DNA of 64,000 bases from Eledone cirrhosa (taxonomy: Eukaryota), in assembly GCA_964016885.1 (NCBI GenBank), contig OZ024740.1:216814001-216878000 (forward strand). Reading direction: 5' to 3'. Below the pieces are notes generated by a model. That model was not told where the DNA came from and did not search any database. It saw nothing but the letters and a program-made list of their open reading frames with translations. Of this stretch, positions 55,174 to 64,000 are shown in pieces. The position numbers were made by a program, and so were the translations under genes. The stretch's first letter is position 1. Each line of letters starts with the position of its first letter.

Positions 55174-56166
55174 AATTGTCCGGAACGTATTTGTAAGGGT
55201 GTAGAGAGAATGAAATAATTATATTTATTTTATTATTTATTTATATATTTTGGAAGTATTTATAATACAATGTGTGAATTATAAATAAATGTGTTAAAGT
55301 GAGAGAATATTAATTTAAAATGTGAAAGATATCTTATATTTATATATACGATTGGGTCTATTCTATTGGTGTGTTTTTAATATTATGCAGATTGCAGTTA
55401 CAAGTATATTTTATTTTATTATATTATACGAGGTTAGTTGTATATATATATAACTAGTATTGGTGAGTATATATGTTATTTATTTAATAGATAAATAATT
55501 TTGGTGAGTATATATGTTATTTATTTAATAGATAAATAATTTTGGTTAGATATATATAGCTTTATATAAGAAGAGTTATAATATGTTGGACGAAGATATG
55601 TTTACATTTTCAATATATGGCTTAAGACTTTGGAAGTAATTCTATTTTAGTATAGAAGATGTATATTATTTTGTATATTCGATAGTTGTATCAAGATAGA
55701 AATAAATTTATGAAATTTTAATATTTATGTAAAGTTTAAATGTTACGTAGATATTAGATGTAACCATGTTTCTTTTCAAAGGAAAAGATAACTCTAATTA
55801 TTATTAGTTTACGGAGTTAAGTTATAGTTATATTTATCGTTTAGTCTCAAATTTACTTTCAGAATATATTCTAATTGTAGTATATGGAAAAATGATTTTA
55901 TATATGATTTTAGAGCATCATATATTACATATGTTCTCAGATAAAAATGTTATGTATATATTTTGATATCATTACTTATACCTATGTATAAATTTGGTGA
56001 TATTAAGTATGTGTATGTATGGATTTAAAAGACCTATAAAGCCTATTAGAAAAAAGGTCAACAAACATCAAAAATACCTTTAAAAATATCATTAAAAACA
56101 TCACTAAAAAACAGCGAAGACATAAATTGTAACTGGGCAAGATATAGAGGCTATATATAATATTTT

Positions 56167-56730
56167 CTATAGACTATAGATACTTTTAAAAGTCTTGGAC
56201 TGTTGATGCAAACAAGAATTAAATAATTCTTACTTTTTGTTTATAGCATTCTTAGGGTTGGTAATTATGTGAAAAATTTCTTCAATACAGAAATGACAAA
56301 TTCTTGAGAGAGCCATATTCTGTTATGTGGGCGCTTTCGAAATCGTTCTACAACAGATGGAATAGTCAATATTACTGTCTTTTAAGGACCAAATTAAATG
56401 TGAAAGTGATGTTGAGAATTTTTTGTCCTATCTGTGAAATGTGTGTTTATGATTAAATTTTGTAGAAGTGGCTACTATATAGTTATATAATTTATCTCTA
56501 GTTTTTATGGTGCATTTGTATACTAAGTTTTTATCTAGACAATTATTCTGTAGAGTGCAACATAATTTGTTTCTGCAGTTACATTTTCTAGAGTTGTTGT
56601 CTAGAGGAACGGTATAATTATTAAAAGTACTGTTACTAGTAATATTATTATTGCTATTAAGGTTTATTTGGGTTGGGTTTAATTTTAAGTTTCTATTATT
56701 AATTCTATTAATATTTTGTGCTATGTAAAT
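56167..56730 (-). pseudogene. PLE GIY-YIG endonuclease remnant
   Basis: Single frame: KCNCRNKLCCTLQNNCLDKNLVYKCTIK..YNYIVATSTKFNHKHTF..STSLSHLIWSLKD..ICHFCIEEIFHI..INKK*ELFNSCLHQ; three internal stops. Confidence 0.85.
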
Positions 56731-56735
56731 GTATA

Positions 56736-56955
56736 TCATCATCATCATCATCGTTTAACGTCCATCTTCCACGCTAGCATGGGTTAGACAGTTTTGTTCC
56801 ATTTGATGCAGGAATGGTCAGGAGACCATGTCTCGCTCGCATTGAAGCGTCTCTGGCAGGTTTTTTACAGCTGGATGCCCTTCCTAACTCCAACCACATT
56901 TACAGTGTGGACTGGGAACCTTTTCACCGTGTCTCCTACATGGCCACCTTACAGT
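56736..56955 (-). mobile_element. Family A repeat
   Basis: (CAT)n tail, GGATGCCCTTCC motif. Confidence 0.8.
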
Positions 56956-56956
56956 A

Positions 56957-57031
<75 letters not shown>

Positions 57032-57042
57032 GTGTATATATA

Positions 57043-57077
<35 letters not shown>

Positions 57078-57136
57078 ATATATATATGTATATATACGTG
57101 TGTGTGTATATATATATGTATATATACGTGTGTGTG

Positions 57137-57181
<45 letters not shown>

Positions 57182-57290
57182 GTGTGTGTGTATATATATA
57201 TGTATATATACACATGTGTGTGTGTATATATATATGTATATATATGTATATATACATGTGTGTGTGTGTATATATATATGTATATATATG

Positions 57291-57590
57291 TGGAGGCACA
57301 TGGCTTAGTGGTTAGTGGTTAGACCATTGGCCTTGTGTTGTTTCCTTGAGCAAGACACTTTATTTCACATTGCTCCCGTTTACTCAGCTGTAGAAATGAG
57401 ATGATAGGGACTGGGGTCCCTATCATTCCACTGTAAAGTGGACGTGGAGGTGCCACGGCAAAAAAGCACCCAGCACTCACTGTAAATGAGGTTGGTGTTA
57501 GGAAGGGCATCCAGCTGTAGAAATCAAGCCAAAATCAGTTCCCGTCCCACCCTTGCAAGCAGGGAAAAAGCGGACATAAAATGAAATAAA
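57291..57590 (+). mobile_element. SINE family B
   Basis: GGAGGCACATGGCTTAGTGG tRNA-like head, central block, family A 3' half. Confidence 0.8.
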
Positions 57591-57591
57591 A

Positions 57592-58379
<788 letters not shown>

Positions 58380-58958
58380 GTCAGGTCACCAGTTGGTGCT
58401 ACTGGTAACATGTATCCCAGTACAACCTGTCTCATGGTCGGGTCGTTGGCGACTAAACTGGCAACCCCACCAAGGTTTCTTGGTGAGGAGGGTGACTTTG
58501 GACATCCTGCAGGACTAAAAACAAAACCTGTCAAAGGGCAAAGGAGCTCTTAAGAGTCAATGGCCATCCAAAATCACCGGGAGAGATGACCCCTTAGCCT
58601 TTGTCAAGGCAGAATTCTAGGAGAAGGAAAACTCTGATATAACACCTGCAACTCTGATGGTATCCAATGATGTTGACTTGTTCTTCTTTTTGGTAAATAT
58701 CATCTTGGTTAAGAGAGTGGGACTGGCTTTGTGCAGTGCCTTTGCTCACTATAAAAGCTTCACGGCACAGGCATTTTTTTATATCTGGAGATCTCTCTGC
58801 ACTTGTCATCACATGGTATCATGGGCCCAGCACTATGTGTCAATATTTGTCACAAGTGTAGTGTTTGTGCCAGAGTTTTCAAGTCGCTGGCTGGACTAAA
58901 AAGTCTCCTACATGGATATAAAGTAGTGGCCGTACTCGAAAACGAGTTGGCAGCCACC
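58380..58958 (+). mobile_element. Bipartite non-autonomous RTE-type retroelement (copy 2)
   Basis: Colinear with 2284-2891; ~29-bp deletion removes the zinc-finger His codons. Confidence 0.75.
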
Positions 58959-59909
58959 ATATATATGTATATATGTATATATGTGTATATATATATATAT
59001 GTGTATATGTATATATGTGTGTATGTATGTATATATATGTATGTGTGTGTGGGTGGGGTGACATCCATATGTCTTGTGAGACTATGAATCATCTAAACCT
59101 GGACATTTCCCCTCTAAGACTCTAGCCTGAACAAGGGTTTCTTTCTTTCTTTTTTGTTTATTGAAGACGTGTGTGTGTGTATGTATGAACGTATGCATTT
59201 ATGTATGTATGTGTGTGTATGTATGTGTGCCGTTATTACTCAATGAAATATATTTGACTTATGAAGATGTCAATGAAATACATTGTTAGTCTTTACAAAG
59301 ATGACATTAACATTATTATCAAAGTTAAAATATTTTTGTACTTCTGTCTAAAATATTTCATTTGTTTTTACCTTTCATTTATCTGGATGATTCAATGAGT
59401 TTTAGGGAGGATAGATTTAGAGTAGTTAATGAAATTATTCTTTATTTCACAGAGGATAATTAAAAATGAGATAAAACTGTCAAAATTGAACCAAATTCTC
59501 TCTGCCAATCTTTGACCATGTAAAACTGGCAGGGGATGTTTGCAAGGAGAAACAAAAATGATTATTGCAGACGATAGTAATAAGAAATATGAAGAAGAGC
59601 CAAAGGCAAGAGGAGAACTTTCATGATGAAATATTGTTGGTTCAATAAAACATTTGACCCTCAATATTTTCTGACTGTTTACTTGTATTTCTGTTTAGAG
59701 CTATTTATTTTTATTTTTGTTGGTTTGTTAAGTAACTATTTTTATCAAACTAGTTATTTGTTTATTTGGACTTTTTGTTTTCTTTTATTAAGAATGAAAA
59801 GAGAAAATATCAAAGTTCTACATATGTGTGTGTAGAATATTTATAAAATGTTGTGATGTTTGTATTGGCTTCGTCAATCAGTGTTTAATAACAAACATGC
59901 TATTGTTGT

Positions 59910-60420
59910 CAGCACTACAACCCACAACACCAGCACCACAACTAACAATCAACAACAACACAACTAACAACACCACCACCAACACCACCACCACAACTAA
60001 CAACACCATCACCACAACCAACAACACCACCTCAACCAACAACACCAACACCACCACAACACCAGCACCACAACTAACAACACCACCACAACCCACAACA
60101 CCAGCATCACAACAAACAACAAAATAACCAACAACACCACCAACAACAACAACAACAACAACACCACCACCACCAACAATACCACAACTAACAACAACAA
60201 CACAACCACCACAACCAACAACATCACCACAACCAACAACATCACCACAACCAACAACACCACCACCACGAACACCACCACCAACAACAATACCACAACT
60301 AACAACATCACCAACACCACAACTAACAACCCTACCACCAAAACCAACAACACCACCACAACCAACAACAACACCACCACCACCAACAACACCAACACAA
60401 CTAAGAACACCCTACCAAGA
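59910..60420. repeat. (CAA/CAC)n low-complexity tract
   Basis: Direct. Confidence 0.9.
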
Positions 60421-60504
60421 CAGTTACCACAACTTCTACCACTCTGTTTTTCCCTCCTTTACATAATTAATATAATGATCTGTTTAACTGAATGTTAGAA
60501 AAGC

Positions 60505-61255
60505 CACAAGATATGCTTCATTGGATGTGTAATAGTAATATACGTGAATGGCAAAGCATAAATGAACTAAGTGAGAAATTAGGAATAAGAGGGATCAGAT
60601 GCTGTTTACTTGAGAGAAGACTACATTGGTAGTGATGCGCATGAAAGACGACAGCTGTATAAAAAAGTGCAAGGCGATCAAATTTGATGATAGTTACGGA
60701 GTAGGTAGACCCAGAAAAACCTGGGACGATTTGATAAATTCTGGCCTTACACACTTGCACCTCTCTAAGACAATGTCACTGGACCGAGATCTTTGGCGCT
60801 TCGCAGTAATACAGAAAACCCGCCTTGCCTATATACAAAGCGAAACCTACAGTCAGTAGGCACCTCTTCACCAAATATACACCACAATCCACTACCCTAC
60901 CCTATGCTCCCACTCCCACCAACACCACCCTCTCTTTGTAAAGTTGGTACCACAACATCCAGTCCAAATAAATGAGATAATGAGATCGAGATCGTGTAGG
61001 TGTCACAACAAAAAAAACACACACAGTCCACGCAGTAATGTGGTCGTGTAGGTAACATGGTAAAAAGTTCCCAGTCCACACTGTAAATGTGGTTGGTGTT
61101 AAGAAGGGCATCCAGTTGTAGAAAACCTGCCAGATAGTCCTATATGAGCGAGACACGGTCACCCAACCAACCTTCCCTCGAGTGGGACAACTCCCATCTA
61201 ACCCATGCTAGCGTGGAAGATAGAGATTAAACGAAGATGATAATGATGATGATGA
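60505..61255 (+). mobile_element. RTE LINE 3' fragment plus extended 3' UTR
   Basis: MKDDSCIKKCKAIK..GRPRKTWDDLINS..DRDLWR; colinear with 41340-42020. Confidence 0.9.
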
Positions 61256-61273
61256 TATATATATATATAATAG

Positions 61274-61643
61274 TAATACAGAAGACCTGCCCCCCCCCCC
61301 CCCCACACACACACATATGGGTACAAGCCGAAGCTGAAGCATATAGACAATATGCCCCCACACCCTCCCACTGCAAAGTTGTCGTGGAGGTGCCATGGCA
61401 AAAATGAACCCAGTCCACACTGTAGAGTGGTCGTGTAGGCGCCATGGATAAAAAGCACCCAGCACTCACTGTAAATGAGGTTGGTGTTAGGAAGGGCATC
61501 CAGCTGTAGAAATCAAGCCAGAATCAGTTCCCGTATGAGCAAGGCATGGTCAGCCGACTGGACACTGCCCACAACAGGACAACCCATCTAACCCATTCTA
61601 GCGTGGAAGAACGGACGTAAAATGGTGATGATGATGATGATGA
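61274..61643 (+). mobile_element. Family A repeat
   Basis: Colinear with 825-1160. Confidence 0.85.
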
Positions 61644-61740
61644 TATATATATATATAAAGGTAAACAGAAATAACAACACAATCGGTGCAGTATATGGAA
61701 GGAATATATTAGGTTAATGCTTGAAATAGCAGGAAGAGAG

Positions 61741-61776
61741 TCTTAACATTTCGGATGCTAGTCCTTCATCAGAAGA
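61741..61776 (-). ncRNA. Minimal Penelope-type hammerhead motif
   Basis: Minus: tctt-CTGATGA-a-gga-ctagca-tcc-GAAA-tg-TT-aaga. Confidence 0.6.
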
Positions 61777-62763
61777 AAGAATGAGAAATTAGAAAGATTG
61801 AAGGGACTGCTAGGTCACCTTCTGTGTTGCTGCTCCTTTGCTCCATCCACAAGTCACATCAGTGGCCTGTAGTAGGTCTTCATGTAGGAACTTTCAATTG
61901 TCCTCCATGTCATGTTTATCTAGTTCCTCCTCCAGATGTGTGTGTGTGTGCAGCATATATATACATTTACAAACATATAACACTGTAAATGCGGTTGGTG
62001 TTAGAAAGAGTATCCAGCTGTAAAATACAGAGCCAAATTTACAGTCCTCGCCAGAGCAAGGTGTAGCACATGGCCAACCCTGGCCAGACTTGCCCCTCGG
62101 TGTGGACGATCCGTCTAACCCATGTAAATGTGGAAAAATTGACGTTTGGAAATGATGATACACACACACGTATATATGTCTGTGTTTGAGTGTCCATGCC
62201 CATCTATATGTGTATGTATGCATGTATATATATGTGTATATAAAAGAATGTGATATTGTAATGAGTACAGACAGACACACCTACACACACACCTACACAC
62301 GCACACACCTACACTCACTCTCTCATATACAAGAAATATCTAAAGGTTTATTATTGTAACAATATGTTTCATTTGTAGATTTCTCAAATCAGTATTAATT
62401 AGTTTGTAGGTCAGTTGTAGTAAAGTGCTAATTATAATTAACTTAATAATTTAAGGGACTAATTAACTTAATATTAGAAGCTGAATAATCTAATGGATTA
62501 TTAACTTAATATTATAGGTTGGATGAATTAAATTACTATTTAATTATTTTAGGTTGAATAATTGAAAAGACTAATTGACTAATTAATATTATAGGCTGAA
62601 TAATTAAATGGTTTAATTGATTAAACTGTTACTGTATTAAAGAATTAATACATGTATTAATTAATTAATGATTAATTGGTTTATAGGCTATGCATTAAAA
62701 AAATAATTAGTTAATGGGTTAAATTTATTGAAGTAATAATTAATCTTAAGACTGACTTATGTA

Positions 62764-62960
62764 CAAGGATTGGGTGAAAAGTTCATAGGCTGACCAATAT
62801 ACTCTCATGGAATGACCAAATGAGGTTATTTTTCAACATAGTCTCTGGGAAGAAACAATGCAGTTATTAATAAGAAGAGTTGAAATTAATGCATGCAAGA
62901 TTTCACAGCTCTCACATCATTCCTTCATAATCGGCCTATGAACATTTCAGCCGACTCTCA
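62764..62960. mobile_element. Tc1/mariner-like MITE
   Basis: TA|CAAGGATTGGGTGAAAAGTTCATAGGCTGA ... TCGGCCTATGAACATTTCAGCCGACTCTCA|TA; TIR-only derivative at 16618-16675. Confidence 0.7.
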
Positions 62961-63247
62961 TACTATAAACTTAACTAGTAAACTTGATTATTTTCACCTA
63001 TTACTAAATAATGTTATAGGCTAGATATATATTAATTCATATTGGTCACATTAGATTAAATATTTAATCTATTTCTTTATAATATTCCTAACAAACGACA
63101 CTGGCTATGTTTTAAAATAATCAGGAATTTAGAGGGATCTAGTAATTTAATGTTCTCATTAAGTTAGTGTTTGAAATAACATAATAAATGTTGTCACATA
63201 GATATCTGATGAATTTTTTAGGTAAATGTAAACAACTTAAAATAAAA

Positions 63248-63436
63248 TATCAGAAAATCGGGGGTTGTTTCATGTGTTTTGTATCAGAAAATCTGGGGTT
63301 GTTTCATGTGTTTTTATATCAGAAAATCTGCGGTTGTTTCATGTGTTTTTGTATCAGAAAATCTGGGGTTGTTTCAGGAGTTTTTGTATCAGAAAATCTG
63401 GGGTTTCAGGAGTTTTTGTATCAGAAAATCTGGGGT
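63248..63436. repeat. ~35-bp minisatellite, ~5.5 copies
   Basis: tatcagaaaatctggggttgtttcatgtgttttt(g) repeated. Confidence 0.9.
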
Positions 63437-64000
63437 TAGTTAACTGATTTTGTTAAGTGTTAACTGTAATGGCTCTCAAAGGATTTGTTCATAGTTTATA
63501 ATGAAAGGAGTGATAAAAAGGCTAATTGTTAATGTACTAACCTATCCCTGTGTCAATTGTTGTTTCTATGTGTGTTTTGTGTTGCTGTCAAATTGATGTA
63601 TGAAGCATCCATCAAAGAAGCATCTGTACAGGATTTTGTTGTTTTATGTATGGAGACTTAGTAATAGAGACAATATGCAAAGTTATCAAAATGCATGATT
63701 TTCTTGGCATAGAATACATATTTCTATTATAACTTCTAAATTCATTATTGTAGGCTGCAGCATAGAGGATACATTATATGTTAACAAAGCACATGTGAAA
63801 TTGTTAATGAAATACTATAATTTGGTGTTAATTCATATGAATCAACTGAAGGTATAGAATGAGATCAGTTGGTCTGGCAGATGTAAATGTTTTATTAATG
63901 AAAGACTTAAACTTTACTATTTGTAATGGTTAAATCATTTATAGACTTAATATTTCACTTGGTAAAACAAGGGTTTGGTTGGTTGGGGGTGGGAGTTCTG

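Larger units (their letters stand above)
54107..56734 (-). mobile_element. Decayed, 5'-truncated Penelope-like element (Naiad-type GIY-YIG C-terminus, AT-rich 3' region, terminal hammerhead)
   Basis: GIY-YIG remnant 56167-56730 and same-strand hammerhead 54242-54298; end homologous to 24599-24795; interrupted by CR1. Confidence 0.75.

Noticed and set aside
56167-56730. Possible selenocysteine recoding in the Naiad-like ORF
   Set aside because: The internal stops are TAG, TAA and TAA, not TGA, and the conserved cysteines are ordinary Cys codons
57291-57325. tRNA genes at SINE heads
   Set aside because: Only A/B-box-like remnants fused to SINE bodies; no cloverleaf
59453-59640. Possible exon after the tttatttcacag acceptor-like site
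   Set aside because: Stops in all frames and no clear donor; cannot be supported as coding, though it could be a UTR exon

Overview
Eukaryotic, very AT-rich, microsatellite-dense DNA. The repeat repertoire strongly resembles coleoid cephalopod (Octopus-like) genomic DNA; this is an inference, not a database result. Almost all ORFs in the supplied track are translations of simple repeats. The window looks like mostly intron of a large + strand gene, with one convincing coding exon (40325-40477, containing an AINLSTS..NGD motif reminiscent of the invertebrate FoxP N-terminus). Mobile DNA includes RTE-clade LINE 3' fragments (one with a PHD finger), a bipartite non-autonomous RTE derivative (2 copies), two tRNA-headed SINE families, a CR1 fragment, piggyBac/mariner/hAT-type MITEs and a decayed Penelope-like element (PLE, Naiad-type GIY-YIG). 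The most striking hidden layer, found by manual reading, is about a dozen type I hammerhead ribozyme motifs on both strands. They sit in short PLE-type termini next to (TA)n arrays, often in head-to-head palindromes. One subfamily of at least 4 diverged copies carries a conserved, covarying 60-61 nt structured domain in stem II. All folds were done by eye, repeat boundaries are approximate, and no ribozyme activity has been tested.
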